A stretch of DNA of 64,000 nt from assembly GCA_016934215.1 (NCBI GenBank), contig JAFGTE010000028.1:2672-66671 (forward strand), written 5' to 3'. A model generated the notes under the pieces. The model was not told the DNA's origin. It saw only the letters and a program-made list of their open reading frames with translations, and did not search any database. Positions within the stretch are counted from its first letter, which is position 1, and every line of letters begins with the position of its first letter. Made by a program: the position numbers and the translations under genes. Shown one piece after another: positions 19,994 through 30,410 of the stretch. Source of the DNA: Candidatus Peregrinibacteria bacterium (GTDB lineage: Bacteria; Patescibacteriota; Gracilibacteria; UM-FILTER-43-11).

Positions 19994-22328
19994 GTTCAAT
20001 GCTATAATAATCAATCAGAAATTCCGCCACTTTCCGGAAAACGGGTGCTGCCGTGGTTGCACCCCAGGTATTTTCACCAATGCGGGGCCGGTCAAACTTA
20101 ACCAGAACCACGAACTGAGGTTTTAAAGCCGGAAAATAACCCGCAAAAGAAGTGATGGTAGATCCGTCACCTGTTTCGTATTTACCGTATTTACCGGCAA
20201 TCTGAGCTGTACCGGTTTTACCGGCAATCAGGTAACCGGGAATGTCGGCAGGGCGGGCGTGGCCGCGGCGTACCACCGAAACCAGCATCGAGGTAATAAT
20301 ACTGGATGTTTCTTCAGAGATGACCCGATAAATAATTTCCGGTTCGGTTTTTATGACTTCTCCGCCGCGAATAACAGAATCAACAATGTAAGGTTGCATC
20401 AGCTTTCCTCCATTGGCGAGGGCTGCCCAGGCAGCCACCATCTGGAGCGGTGTTACGACAATACCCTGACCAAATGAGGTAGTGAGCAGCTGCGCTTTGG
20501 ACCAATGGCTGTAATAATCAACCGCGCCCTTTGTTTCACCCTCTAGTTTGATATTGGTGTATTCTCCGAAACCGAAATCTTTTAAATACTTATACATCAG
20601 ACGCTTCCCCAGCTGCTTGGCGACCCAGGACATCCCCGTGTTCAGGGATTTTTCGAGCACTTCCGTCATAGTCGACTTACCATGATACTGATTGTCCGAA
20701 TTTTTAATCTCAAATTCATCGATATGCAGCGGACCGTTATCATCGAAAGTCGTTTCAGGGGAGACCTCCTTGGCGTCTAACGCAATAGACATAACAATGG
20801 GTTTAAAAACCGAACCTGGTTCATAATATTCACTGATGGTCTTATTTTTGAATACGCCGGGACCAAAACGGTTTTCGTAAATATATTTTTCAATTGTTTC
20901 ATTGGCTATGTCTTCTTCCGTGGCCGGAACATACTGACCACGTTCATCCCGCACAAAGACGGGGGTCGTGGCATAAAACCCATCAGCTTGTTGTTGCTGG
21001 GTTGGCTCAAACGGTTGAAGGGTATAGGATTCCGTATAGATATTCGGGTTGAAAGTCGGGTAATTGGCCATGGCTATAATGGCGCCGGAAAAAGGATTCA
21101 TAATAATGATCTGACCGCTGTCGGCTTTAAAAGCTTCCACATGATGGGCCAGAATTTCTTCCACTTCTTTCTGCACCACCCGGTCAATGGTCAAAACAAT
21201 GGTGTCGCCGTCCACGGCATTAACGATTTTTGTGTCACCTACCGTGATCTGGCGGCCAAAAGGATCACTTTCAGCGTAAATGGCTCCTTTTTTGCCTTCC
21301 AGTTCAATGTTGAAGTAGCCCTCGACACCATATTGCCCGGTATTCTCACGATTAATAAAACCCACCAGATGAGCGCCCAGTTCAGCTTCAGGATAAAAAC
21401 GCCAGTGTTCAGACAAAAGCACAACACCCTTTAAATCAAGTTCTTCAATCATTTTTGATGCTTCAGGAGTCAGTTTGTTCTTCAGAAAGACATAACGCAC
21501 CTGACGACGGGTCAGCTTTGCTTCAATGGAGGAGGGTGTTTCATCGAGGTAAGTCGCCAGGGTTTTGGAAATGAGTGCTAATTTAGATTCAGGAATGAGA
21601 GTCGGGTCTCCGTATATCAGAAAACGATCGGTATCGACAAAAATCCCGGGAAGACGTTCGTTGATAATATCAGCCATCAATTCTTCTTCGGCATCACGCC
21701 GCAAAATCACAAAATCCACTTCTTCTTTGGTTATTTTTTGAAGAATGTCAGTCTGTATTTCCTCAGTCATCTTAGCGTAGGTTTTAAATTCAGTTTCTTC
21801 TTCCTTCACGGTATCGACTTTTTTTGTGGTGCCGGATTCAATATCCCAGATGGTATCCGTCATAATCAGATTCTCCAGACTCTTTTCTTTTTCGATGTCA
21901 TAAAAACACTCCTCAGGTTCCTTTTTGCACGTCTCATACTCTTTTTCGGTAAAAATGATCGGAGCCAGTTTGGTAGCAATTTCCTGCTTGTTCTCAGCCA
22001 CCATAGGGTCAACGTACAGAAGATCAAGGGTAGTATTGGTTGCCAACTTTGAAAGTTCACCGGAATGCGTATCCTTCACGTATATGTCACCCCGCCTGGC
22101 AGGCAGATCAATGGCTCCAAAATGCTGATCCTCAGCGATAGCAATATATTCCGTGTGCCTGAGGATCTGAAGCTGAAATAAACGTATAAAAATAACGGAA
22201 AACACTGCAAAAACAAAAATCATCAAAATGATAATTCGGCTTCGGGTGTGGCCGCCTTTCAAAGTAGCTTGGTACGAAGAATATGAAACATTCCGCATTA
22301 TATTTTGATTTCGGTTAGCGGCTCTCAT
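19983..22328 (-). CDS. Class B penicillin-binding protein (FtsI/PBP2-like) with insertions
   Basis: N-terminal TM, RRG.I, R.YP, EPGSVFK (SxxK), SLN (SxN), KTGTAQ. Confidence 0.92.
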   Translation of the reverse strand: MRAANRNQNIMRNVSYSSYQATLKGGHTRSRIIILMIFVFAVFSVIFIRLFQLQILRHTEYIAIAEDQHFGAIDLPARRGDIYVKDTHSGELSKLATNTTLDLLYVDPMVAENKQEIATKLAPIIFTEKEYETCKKEPEECFYDIEKEKSLENLIMTDTIWDIESGTTKKVDTVKEEETEFKTYAKMTEEIQTDILQKITKEEVDFVILRRDAEEELMADIINERLPGIFVDTDRFLIYGDPTLIPESKLALISKTLATYLDETPSSIEAKLTRRQVRYVFLKNKLTPEASKMIEELDLKGVVLLSEHWRFYPEAELGAHLVGFINRENTGQYGVEGYFNIELEGKKGAIYAESDPFGRQITVGDTKIVNAVDGDTIVLTIDRVVQKEVEEILAHHVEAFKADSGQIIIMNPFSGAIIAMANYPTFNPNIYTESYTLQPFEPTQQQQADGFYATTPVFVRDERGQYVPATEEDIANETIEKYIYENRFGPGVFKNKTISEYYEPGSVFKPIVMSIALDAKEVSPETTFDDNGPLHIDEFEIKNSDNQYHGKSTMTEVLEKSLNTGMSWVAKQLGKRLMYKYLKDFGFGEYTNIKLEGETKGAVDYYSHWSKAQLLTTSFGQGIVVTPLQMVAAWAALANGGKLMQPYIVDSVIRGGEVIKTEPEIIYRVISEETSSIITSMLVSVVRRGHARPADIPGYLIAGKTGTAQIAGKYGKYETGDGSTITSFAGYFPALKPQFVVLVKFDRPRIGENTWGATTAAPVFRKVAEFLIDYYSIEPTS

Positions 22329-22379
22329 TCTAACAGAACTTATTTTTTGAGCCTAGAGCATTGAAAAAAAAGAATTTTT

Positions 22380-23006
22380 ATGCTAGAATATACAGATAAC
22401 ACTTTAAAAAAAATGAGATATAAAATCGGCGTCATGGGGTCAGCTCAGGGGCCAACGATAAAAGTCCAGGAAAATATTAAAAAGGCCATTGCAATAGGAC
22501 AAGCTATTGCTGAAGCAGATTGCGTTTTAGTAACCGGAGCCTGTCCCGGACTTCCTGATGAAGCGGCATTTGGGGCTAAAAATAGAGGGGGTATGACAAT
22601 GGGCGTTTCGCCGGCTTTTAGTGAGAAAGAACATATCGAAATGTACCATTCGCCCACGGATAATTTTGATATCATTATTTATACAGGCATGGGCTTAATG
22701 GAGCGCGATCTGATCAATATCAGAAGTTCTGATGCAATCGTTATTCTGGGAGGAGGCATTGGCACTTTAAATGAATTCACGGTAGCTTATGACGACGGTA
22801 AAGTAGTGGGTGTACTGACGGGGACAGGAGGTGTTTCCAATCATATTGATGAAATATTAAAAATCTGTGATCGGGAAGTGACCGAAGGAGTTATTTTTGA
22901 TTCCGATCCAAAGAAATTGATCGAGAAGATTATTAACTATATCAAGGAACACCCCGGACCAACGTTAGAAGATGAACGGGTATTCCAAAGGGGCAAGGGG
23001 GAATAG
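22380..23006 (+). CDS. LOG/TIGR00725-like Rossmann-fold nucleotide-binding protein
   Basis: IGVMGS, LVTGAC.G, GGG.GTLNE; start may be 22413. Confidence 0.8.
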   Translation: MLEYTDNTLKKMRYKIGVMGSAQGPTIKVQENIKKAIAIGQAIAEADCVLVTGACPGLPDEAAFGAKNRGGMTMGVSPAFSEKEHIEMYHSPTDNFDIIIYTGMGLMERDLINIRSSDAIVILGGGIGTLNEFTVAYDDGKVVGVLTGTGGVSNHIDEILKICDREVTEGVIFDSDPKKLIEKIINYIKEHPGPTLEDERVFQRGKGE

Positions 23007-23078
23007 GGCAAATTAACTTGCATCGGTAATACAATTCTGGTAACTTATTCCTGCCAGCTTTTTAAGAGTATATAAGCA

Positions 23079-23258
23079 ATGATAAAAAAATATTTGAGAG
23101 AGAGCCTCGCTGAGCTCAACAATGTAACTTGGCCTACTCGAAAACAGGGAATTCGGATCACCACGATTGTGTTTATTTTTATGGTTGTTTCCGCAGCGGT
23201 TTTGGGATTTATGGATTACCTTTTTTCATTGGGGATACGAAGCCTTCTGACTCTCTAA
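23079..23258 (+). CDS. secE: Preprotein translocase subunit SecE
   Basis: 59 aa, not in the ORF track; E...EL..VTWPTRK then one TM; directly upstream of nusG. Confidence 0.92.
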   Translation: MIKKYLRESLAELNNVTWPTRKQGIRITTIVFIFMVVSAAVLGFMDYLFSLGIRSLLTL

Positions 23259-23271
23259 TTTAAAATTATTT

Positions 23272-23817
23272 ATGGCTAAACAGGCAAAAAATACAGGCCG
23301 AAACTGGTACGTTCTTCATACTTACTCCGGTTATGAAGATGCTGTGGAAAAAGCCCTCCGGCAGCGTATCGAAGCCTTAAACATGCAAGATTATATTTTT
23401 GACGTTAAAGTACCCAAAGAAACTCAGGTGGTCATAAAAAGAGGGGATCCGGTACAGGAGAAAAAACGAATTTTTCCGGGCTATGTACTCGTGGACATGA
23501 TCGTAACCGATGATTCATGGTATGTAGTCCGAAACACACCTAATGTGACTGGCTTCGTAGGTTCCGGAAATATTCCCGTTCCCGTAACACCGGAAGAATT
23601 CGGCATCATTCAAAAACGAGTTGGCGGTGATGAAGTGACCTTTAAAATCGACTTCAGCAAAGGCGATCATGTCACGATCAATTCGGGTCCTTTTGCCAAC
23701 TACGAAGGAATTATTGACAAAATCGACCCTGAAAAGGGTAAAGTTAAAGTCTTGGTCTCCATTTTTGATCGTGAAACACCGATTGAACTCGACTTTACTC
23801 AAGTAAAGAAAAAATAG
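23272..23817 (+). CDS. nusG: Transcription termination/antitermination factor NusG
   Basis: WYVLHTYSGYE, FPGYVLV, VRNTP.VTGFVG, KOW domain. Confidence 0.97.
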   Translation: MAKQAKNTGRNWYVLHTYSGYEDAVEKALRQRIEALNMQDYIFDVKVPKETQVVIKRGDPVQEKKRIFPGYVLVDMIVTDDSWYVVRNTPNVTGFVGSGNIPVPVTPEEFGIIQKRVGGDEVTFKIDFSKGDHVTINSGPFANYEGIIDKIDPEKGKVKVLVSIFDRETPIELDFTQVKKK

Positions 23818-24432
23818 ATGAAGAAGGTTTCGCTTGCCATTTTGATTTTAGTTATTTTAGGACTCTTTGCCTTGGCGGATTATTACGCGAATTTACCGGG
23901 AGGTATTCCAAGGCCTTTGTTTAACCTATCGTCCCGACAGGCGGATGAATCAACGATGCCGGAAGCCGTTGAACTGCCTAACATCACAAAGCAAATCCTG
24001 GATCAGGGGGGATTAACGGCAAACTACAAAATTGAGAAACGTACCCGATCAACAGAACTTTTTGAGAGCTTCGACATGAGTGAGCTGGCGAACATCGTCA
24101 TTTACAGAAATATCCTGATTAGTGCAGATGCCGTCGGACAATTGCCGATTCAGGTTTACGAAATTCATGGGCCGAAAGGACAGGGAAGTCTGACGTACCT
24201 TAATATCAAATTGGCCATGATCGAAAAGCTGGATTCTGAGGCCGGTCTGAATGAAACGGGGGATATCGGTTACAACAGCCTCTTTTACAACGATGATAAA
24301 AACCCTTCTACCGGATTTCTGCTGTCACAGGTGGAAGATATCGTCTTCGGATTCAAGTATGATAAAAAATCCCGACCAGCCTTTGACTTTATAAAAAGTT
24401 TAGTCAATAATTACATGCAATCTTTTTCTTAA
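23818..24432 (+). CDS. Hypothetical membrane-anchored protein between nusG and rplK
   Basis: 204 aa with N-terminal hydrophobic helix, abutting the nusG stop. Confidence 0.7.
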   Translation: MKKVSLAILILVILGLFALADYYANLPGGIPRPLFNLSSRQADESTMPEAVELPNITKQILDQGGLTANYKIEKRTRSTELFESFDMSELANIVIYRNILISADAVGQLPIQVYEIHGPKGQGSLTYLNIKLAMIEKLDSEAGLNETGDIGYNSLFYNDDKNPSTGFLLSQVEDIVFGFKYDKKSRPAFDFIKSLVNNYMQSFS

Positions 24433-24455
24433 TAATAATTAATTCCTAAATTCCC

Positions 24456-24884
24456 GTGGCACAAAAAGTAATGAAAATCATCAAACTGCAGATTCCCGCC
24501 GGCAAGGCCAATCCTGCACCACCTGTCGGTTCAGCGCTGGGACAGCATGGAGTGAATATCCAGGATTTCTGCAATCAGTTTAACGAAAAGACCAAAGAAC
24601 AGGGGGATACCCTGATTCCTGTTGTTATTTCTGTTTATGAAGACCGTTCCTTCAGTTTTATCACCAAGATGCCACCTGCTTCCACGCTGATTAAAAAAGC
24701 ACTCAATCTGAAAAGCGGGAGCGGTATGCCGCACAAGAATAAAGTAGGCAATCTGACAAAAAAACAGCTTCAGGAAATCGCTGAAAAAAAGATGGAAGAC
24801 CTGAATGCCAACGACATTGAACACGCAATGAATATTATTGCCGGAACAGCCCGCAGTATGGGCATAACGGTAGATGAAAAATAA
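24456..24884 (+). CDS. rplK: 50S ribosomal protein L11
   Basis: [31 protein letters not shown]. Confidence 0.98.
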   Translation: MAQKVMKIIKLQIPAGKANPAPPVGSALGQHGVNIQDFCNQFNEKTKEQGDTLIPVVISVYEDRSFSFITKMPPASTLIKKALNLKSGSGMPHKNKVGNLTKKQLQEIAEKKMEDLNANDIEHAMNIIAGTARSMGITVDEK

Positions 24885-24894
24885 TTTATTATTT

Positions 24895-24925
24895 GTGGGA
24901 CCCGCCGCGGCGGGGTTTGGACCAC
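24895..24925 (+). promoter_or_regulatory. Probable L1-binding autoregulatory element with palindromic apex
   Basis: GTGGGA...ACCAC closing helix just before rplA, as in known L1 mRNA targets; contains CCCGCCGCGGCGGG. Confidence 0.6.
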
Positions 24926-24940
24926 GCAACTCACCTAACT

Positions 24941-25639
24941 ATGAAACGAGGTAAAAAGTATGCCGACGCGGTTAAAAAGTTGGCGAAAAAAGATAGTTAT
25001 ACGCTATCTGAAGCACTCAAGCTTCTTAAAGAAACCAATATAGTCAAGTTCGATGCCACGGCAGAACTTCATTTGAATCTGAACATAGACCCTGCAAAGG
25101 CTGATCAGGTCATTCGCGGCACGATCAATCTGCCGCATGGTTCCGGAAGAAAGGTTCGCATTGCTGCGATCGTGGGAGACGACAAAATAAAGGCCGCCAA
25201 AGCGGCTGGCGCAGAGGAAGCCGGACTGGAAGATCTGATTGCGGAATTTGAGAAAGGAAAAGTCAATTATGACGTCATTGTGGCAACCCCCGCGACGATG
25301 AAACAACTGGGTAAAGTGGCTAAAATTCTGGGGCAAAAAGGTCTTATGCCCAATCCGAAAGCCGGTACCGTAACGGATAAAGTGGAAGAAACCATCAAAG
25401 AACTCAAGGCGGGCCGCTTAGAATACCGCAACGACAAAGAGGGCAATGTGCATACCATCTTCGGAAAACTTTCGTTTAAGGAAGAAGAACTGGAAAATAA
25501 TCTGAAAGCATATCTCCGTACTATTCGCGATTCTAAACCATCAGCCGTTAAGGGCTCTTTCATCAAGTCTGTCACCATAACCAGTACGATGGGCCCAGGG
25601 ATCAGGCTGGATGTGAATGAAGCCCTTAAGGCACTGTAA
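24941..25639 (+). CDS. rplA: 50S ribosomal protein L1
   Basis: MKRGKKY, KFDAT.E, LG.KGLMPNPK.GTVT, STMGPG. Confidence 0.98.
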   Translation: MKRGKKYADAVKKLAKKDSYTLSEALKLLKETNIVKFDATAELHLNLNIDPAKADQVIRGTINLPHGSGRKVRIAAIVGDDKIKAAKAAGAEEAGLEDLIAEFEKGKVNYDVIVATPATMKQLGKVAKILGQKGLMPNPKAGTVTDKVEETIKELKAGRLEYRNDKEGNVHTIFGKLSFKEEELENNLKAYLRTIRDSKPSAVKGSFIKSVTITSTMGPGIRLDVNEALKAL

Positions 25640-25759
25640 ATGATGTATCAAACGTCAAAAAAGGCAATCGACCCTCATCGTCCTAAAATAACAAGTTTGA
25701 TTCTTGCTAGGGATATCTGGGAAAAGCAGGAAATCTTACGCGTTTTTGAGGACCAGAAA

Positions 25760-26197
25760 ATGCACCCTACCGTAAAGATTACAAGAATCGATAAAGCCAT
25801 GCCATTACCTAAGTATGAGACAGAAGGTTCGGTAGGTTTTGATTTAGCTTCCCGGGATGATGTGATGGTGAAACCGGGTGAGATAAAGCTGATTCCGTCG
25901 AACGTGATCATTGAAGTACCGAAAGGATATGCTCTGATCCTTGCTGCCAGAAGTTCCACGCCAAAAAAATTCGGCCTGATGAAACCACATGGAATAGGCG
26001 TGATCGATCTGGATTATTGCGGACCTGAAGATGAGATAAAGATTCAGGTATACAATTTCACAAATGAGGCTGTCGAAATAAAAAAGGGGGAAAAGATCGC
26101 TCAAGGCCTTTTTATGCGTGTTGACAGACTTGAGTTTGAAGAAGTGAATAAAATAGAAAAAAAATCCCGCGGGGGCTTCGGTTCGACTGACGCTTAG
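25760..26197 (+). CDS. dut: dUTP diphosphatase
   Basis: GS.GFDL, RSS, G.ID.DY.G, IAQ, RGGFGST. Confidence 0.93.
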   Translation: MHPTVKITRIDKAMPLPKYETEGSVGFDLASRDDVMVKPGEIKLIPSNVIIEVPKGYALILAARSSTPKKFGLMKPHGIGVIDLDYCGPEDEIKIQVYNFTNEAVEIKKGEKIAQGLFMRVDRLEFEEVNKIEKKSRGGFGSTDA

Positions 26198-26245
26198 GAG
26201 ATCCCCCCGAAGCATCATCAAAGAAAAACCGCTCGCATTCAGAAC

Positions 26246-26806
26246 CTAAAAGAGTGAAAGCTGTTTAAACTCCTTGCGGATAAATAAATAGGCAGCGGCA
26301 ATCACCAAAGTAGCCAGTAAAGTGACAAAAGCCCCGAACTGATAACTGCGTTTGATTTCAACGAGCTCATAATCCACGTTGCTCAGCACAAATTCCGTCT
26401 GACTGAGGGAATTGTACATGTCGATTTTGAGCTGAATAAAATTCTTTACATCCATCAGTGTATTTTTTTCGAGCGGAATGGGGGAACTGACCACAAAGAT
26501 GATGTTCTGTCGTTCCTGAATATGGGCGTAGATGCCGGTCCCTTCCGGCAGGCCGGCTTTCTGCTGAAGGTCGGGCAGAAAACTGGGAAACTTCAGCCAG
26601 CCAATCATCGTCTGGCCGAAATAATGGGCCGCTTCATTCAGTTTATGAAGATCTTCCGATTTATGGCGCACTGCGGTTGTCGCGTAAATGCGTCCTTCAT
26701 AGCTGGGCTTGGTAAAACCCGGACTGGCCAATGCAAAAATAATCTGGCCTATAAGGACCATGATCAGAACGAGATTGATTTCTTTTTTGTGCAGAGAAAG
26801 CTTCAT
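26246..26806 (-). CDS. Hypothetical membrane protein with TM helices at both ends
   Basis: 186 aa, Wzz-like topology, adjacent to the TPR gene. Confidence 0.6.
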   Translation of the reverse strand: MKLSLHKKEINLVLIMVLIGQIIFALASPGFTKPSYEGRIYATTAVRHKSEDLHKLNEAAHYFGQTMIGWLKFPSFLPDLQQKAGLPEGTGIYAHIQERQNIIFVVSSPIPLEKNTLMDVKNFIQLKIDMYNSLSQTEFVLSNVDYELVEIKRSYQFGAFVTLLATLVIAAAYLFIRKEFKQLSLF

Positions 26807-26807
26807 A

Positions 26808-28256
26808 TCAATTGGAAAGAGTCTTTTTTAAGAGCTCATTATATGCCTGTGCGGCAAGATTTCCAATAGAACCTGAGCTGTCCAGATCGTAAGCCTTTTG
26901 AAATACTTCCAGAGCCATATTATCGCGGCCTTGGCTTCGGTATAGATTGCCAAGATTGTAATAAGCGGCCGCCAGATTCGGATCAATCGCCAGAGCCCGT
27001 TTCAGATTCTTTTCCGCATCCTGGTCTTCACCCAGTCCGGCATAACTCCAGCCCAGCAGATTATAACTCATGGCTGAATCGGGAAAGGTGAGCGCAGCCG
27101 TTTCAGCTAATTTCAAAGCTTTCTGTGGCTGATTGATAAAATCAAGATAGAGCCAGATGGGACGCACAAAGGAACTGACATCATCTTTGCTGAGGTCAAG
27201 AACCTTTTCATAAGCTTCCGCAGATTTTTCATAATTTTCCGTTTCAAAATAAAGGTCGGCCAAATGACGGTAGACCACCAGGGCAGGTTCAAAATCATTT
27301 GAAAGCGCAAAATTGAAAAAGACAATAGCATCTTCAAAATGACCGAGTTCTTTGTGCGTGACCCCCAGAAAATACTGGGTCGTTGGCCATTCGGAATCCA
27401 GACTATAAGCTTTTTCAAAGGCCGTCAGGGCAAACTGGTATTTTTCAAGATTCAGATAAGCAAAACCAAGCAAAATCCAGCCGTCACGAAGATCACCCCG
27501 TTCGCGCAAAACCTCCTTTAAAAGGTGAACGGCCATCTCATACTCCGTTACTTTGTTAAAACTCCTGGCCAGCAGCTCAGAAAGATAAAGTTCTTCCGCA
27601 GCCTTGGTAAAACTAAATTCGCGGTAAGCCTCAAGGATCATGTTTATTTTGGTACTCAGATCCGGATCATTTGATGCAACCGCAGCTTCCTTCAGATATT
27701 TTTGCGCCAATTCATGATTCCCGAAAAGCGCGCTTAAAAGCCCCTTATAGTAAGTAACTCGTGGATCCGGAGCTGCGGTAACAGGGTAGCTGTCCAGTAA
27801 ATTCTTGGCCGTATCAAAATCACTCAGTTTAATATAGATGCGAATCATATCAAACCGTGTTTCCGGATGATCCGGATTGATCTGCAGAACCAGTTCGGCA
27901 TTACTGAGGGCTTTTTTGTAATTTCTCAGCTCAAGATGAGTTTTAAGCAGTTTCAGGTAGGGGTCAATACGATTGGGCTCCAGATTGGCCGCCCGTACAT
28001 ATTGATTAGAAGCAAAGGTCAGAAATCCCCGCTCAAAATAATAATCACCCTTCTCCAAATATTCCTCATAAGTCAGATTCAGTTCTTCTTCAGGTTCATC
28101 CGTCTGGGGCAGAAGCGGGAGGACGCGTTCCTCTTCCTTTTCAAAAAGGCTCAAAATGCCCTCTTTGGTCAGTTCAATTCCCTGCCAGGCAAGAACACTG
28201 GCCGTCACCAAAAAGGCCAGAAGAATAGCGGAGATGAAGGCGAGAAATTTACGCAT
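26808..28256 (-). CDS. Tetratricopeptide repeat protein
   Basis: Signal anchor plus many TPRs (YYNLG.LY...G....A...F.KA..LD). Confidence 0.9.
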   Translation of the reverse strand: MRKFLAFISAILLAFLVTASVLAWQGIELTKEGILSLFEKEEERVLPLLPQTDEPEEELNLTYEEYLEKGDYYFERGFLTFASNQYVRAANLEPNRIDPYLKLLKTHLELRNYKKALSNAELVLQINPDHPETRFDMIRIYIKLSDFDTAKNLLDSYPVTAAPDPRVTYYKGLLSALFGNHELAQKYLKEAAVASNDPDLSTKINMILEAYREFSFTKAAEELYLSELLARSFNKVTEYEMAVHLLKEVLRERGDLRDGWILLGFAYLNLEKYQFALTAFEKAYSLDSEWPTTQYFLGVTHKELGHFEDAIVFFNFALSNDFEPALVVYRHLADLYFETENYEKSAEAYEKVLDLSKDDVSSFVRPIWLYLDFINQPQKALKLAETAALTFPDSAMSYNLLGWSYAGLGEDQDAEKNLKRALAIDPNLAAAYYNLGNLYRSQGRDNMALEVFQKAYDLDSSGSIGNLAAQAYNELLKKTLSN

Positions 28257-28303
28257 TTTGGGTATTTAATCGAAATGAGTCTATCAAATTCTGGAAGCTG
28301 ATT

Positions 28304-28777
28304 CTAGCGATTATGAAGCCGTGCCGTCAAGAGTGCGATGCCGAGCGCATCGGCTGCGTCGTGTGGTTTCGGAAGCTTCGAAAGTCCTAAAAGCCGCTTC
28401 ACCATCTCCTGCACCTGCGTCTTATCCGCTGAACCGCTGCCGCACAGATTGTTTTTTATTTCGCTGGGCTTCATTTCATAAATCGGGAAACCTTTTTCAT
28501 GAGCCTCCGCCAGAATCACGCCTCTGGCCTGGGCCACTTTGATGCCGTTGGTGATATTTTTCACAAAAAAGAGCTCCTCGATGCCCACTGCTTCGTACTT
28601 ATGAAGCCCCAGGATCTCTCTGATATCGTGTTTGATCATAATCAGCCGCTCCGGCATCTCCTGACTGGGTAATGTTTTAATAATCCCGCAGTCAACATAC
28701 TGAGGCTCACCTTTTTTAACTTCAATAATTCCAAAGCCCACTTCCGATAGCCCTGGATCGATTCCGAGATAGTACAT
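28304..28777 (-). CDS. ruvC: Holliday junction resolvase RuvC
   Basis: LGIDPG, IEELFF..N, G.G.A.K.QV..MV, D.ADAL.IA. Confidence 0.96.
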   Translation of the reverse strand: MYYLGIDPGLSEVGFGIIEVKKGEPQYVDCGIIKTLPSQEMPERLIMIKHDIREILGLHKYEAVGIEELFFVKNITNGIKVAQARGVILAEAHEKGFPIYEMKPSEIKNNLCGSGSADKTQVQEMVKRLLGLSKLPKPHDAADALGIALLTARLHNR

Positions 28778-28779
28778 AA

Positions 28780-29487
28780 TTACTCATTTAAAAGCTGAAT
28801 CGCACTGCGAAGAGCCGCCATATTGTAGGCATAATTCATGCGGGTAGAACCGAGAATGCCCATAATGCCCTTAAATCCCTGATGCGAGTAGGGGAGCGCG
28901 AGGAGACTACAGCTCTGAAATTCCGGAAGAATGTTTTCTTCGCCAATATAAATCGCGCCGTCTTTTGTAATCTTAAGATCAGAAAGCACGTTAGCCAACT
29001 CATTCTCCAACACCTCTACCACTTTCGTGGCTTTTTCCGGCTGAGTCATGAATTCCGGTTTTTTTAAAATATTGCTGATGCCGATGTAAAAGAACTGCCC
29101 TTTATCGGGAATGGTCGCAAAGCTCACATTATCGGTCGCCGTTGCTAAAATAGAAACCGTGTCATAAAGCTTTGCCTTGGTTTTATTCAGATAATACTGT
29201 CTTCTGATGGCCAGCATATCCTGATGAGCCCGCTCTTCCAGCACTTCCTGCTTTTTCATCTGATCAACAAAAAGCCGGTAGGCCCGTGACGTCGGAACTC
29301 TGCCGGCCGAAGTATGCGGCTGCGTGATGTACCCCTCCTTCTCCAGTGCCGCCATCTCATTCCGGATGGTAGCCGAAGACACTTTGAAGTTATAGCACTC
29401 CGTCAGCATCTTACTCCCCACAGGAAGCGCACTGCTGATAAACGATTCGATGATGGCCTCCAGTATTTTCTGTCTGCGTAAATCCAT
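28780..29487 (-). CDS. hrcA: Heat-inducible transcription repressor HrcA (short form)
   Basis: PVGS..L, SSATIRNEM..LE..GY..QPHTSAGRVPT, G.TRM.Y. Confidence 0.92.
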   Translation of the reverse strand: MDLRRQKILEAIIESFISSALPVGSKMLTECYNFKVSSATIRNEMAALEKEGYITQPHTSAGRVPTSRAYRLFVDQMKKQEVLEERAHQDMLAIRRQYYLNKTKAKLYDTVSILATATDNVSFATIPDKGQFFYIGISNILKKPEFMTQPEKATKVVEVLENELANVLSDLKITKDGAIYIGEENILPEFQSCSLLALPYSHQGFKGIMGILGSTRMNYAYNMAALRSAIQLLNE

Positions 29488-29513
29488 TAGCAGTTAAGGT
29501 GTGTAAGTGCTAA
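29487..29513. promoter_or_regulatory. CIRCE operator
   Basis: TTAGCAGTT-N9-AAGTGCTAA versus consensus TTAGCACTC-N9-GAGTGCTAA, touching the hrcA start; minus-strand TTGACT-N17-CACAAT promoter at 29515-29543. Confidence 0.8.
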
Positions 29514-29672
29514 CATTGTGGCAGACGCGCCGAACTTAGTCAAACAGAGTGCGTATAAGTGCTAGTTATACGCGTTCATCTGTCTGATGCGCATTTTTTT
29601 GATTGAAAAAGTTAAACTAAAATATATATCAATGGAGTATAATGACATAAATACAAATTAATCCGTTTGAAT

Positions 29673-30410
29673 ATGTTACTAAAAGACAAAGTCGCCATTG
29701 TGACCGGAGGCAAGCAGGGGATCGGCCTGGGGATCGTCCTGGCACTGGCAAAAGAAGGCTGTAATGTGGTTGTCAGTGACCTTCAGCAGAAAGGTTGTGA
29801 GGCCGCGGTGAAAGAGGCGGAAAAGCTGGGGGTCAAAGGTCTGGCGGTTGCCTGCGACGTTTCCAAAAAGGAAGAAGTGGATAAGATGGTCGGGGAGGCA
29901 GTCAAAAAATTCGGGAAGCTCGATATTCTGGTCAACAATGCCGGGATATTTCCTTTCGTGCCCTTTGCCGACATGAAAGAAGCCGACTGGGACAAGGTAC
30001 TGGACGTGAATCTGAAAAGCGTCTTTCTCTGTTGTCAGGCGGCGGCAAAACAGATGAAAGAAGGCGGGAAAATCGTCAGCATTTCATCGATCGCTTCCAT
30101 TGTGGGTTTTGAGGGACTCGTGCATTACTGTGCTTCAAAGGGGGGTATTAATGGGATGACACGGGCCATGGCGCTGGAACTGGCACCGAAAAAGATCAAC
30201 GTGAATGCCGTCGGTCCGGGAGCGATCGATACACCGGGGGCTCAGGGCGGTTCAGAAGAGCAGGACAAACAGACGATCGCGGCGATTCCGTGGCACCGCA
30301 AAGGGGTGCCCGAAGACATCGCCAACGCCGTCGTATTCCTTGTATCGGAAAAAGCGGACTATATCACCGGACAGATCTTAGTCGTGGACGGCGGATGGAC
30401 GTTACGTTAG
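29673..30410 (+). CDS. SDR family oxidoreductase (FabG-like)
   Basis: TGG..GIG, NNAG, Y.ASK, VDGG. Confidence 0.92.
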   Translation: MLLKDKVAIVTGGKQGIGLGIVLALAKEGCNVVVSDLQQKGCEAAVKEAEKLGVKGLAVACDVSKKEEVDKMVGEAVKKFGKLDILVNNAGIFPFVPFADMKEADWDKVLDVNLKSVFLCCQAAAKQMKEGGKIVSISSIASIVGFEGLVHYCASKGGINGMTRAMALELAPKKINVNAVGPGAIDTPGAQGGSEEQDKQTIAAIPWHRKGVPEDIANAVVFLVSEKADYITGQILVVDGGWTLR

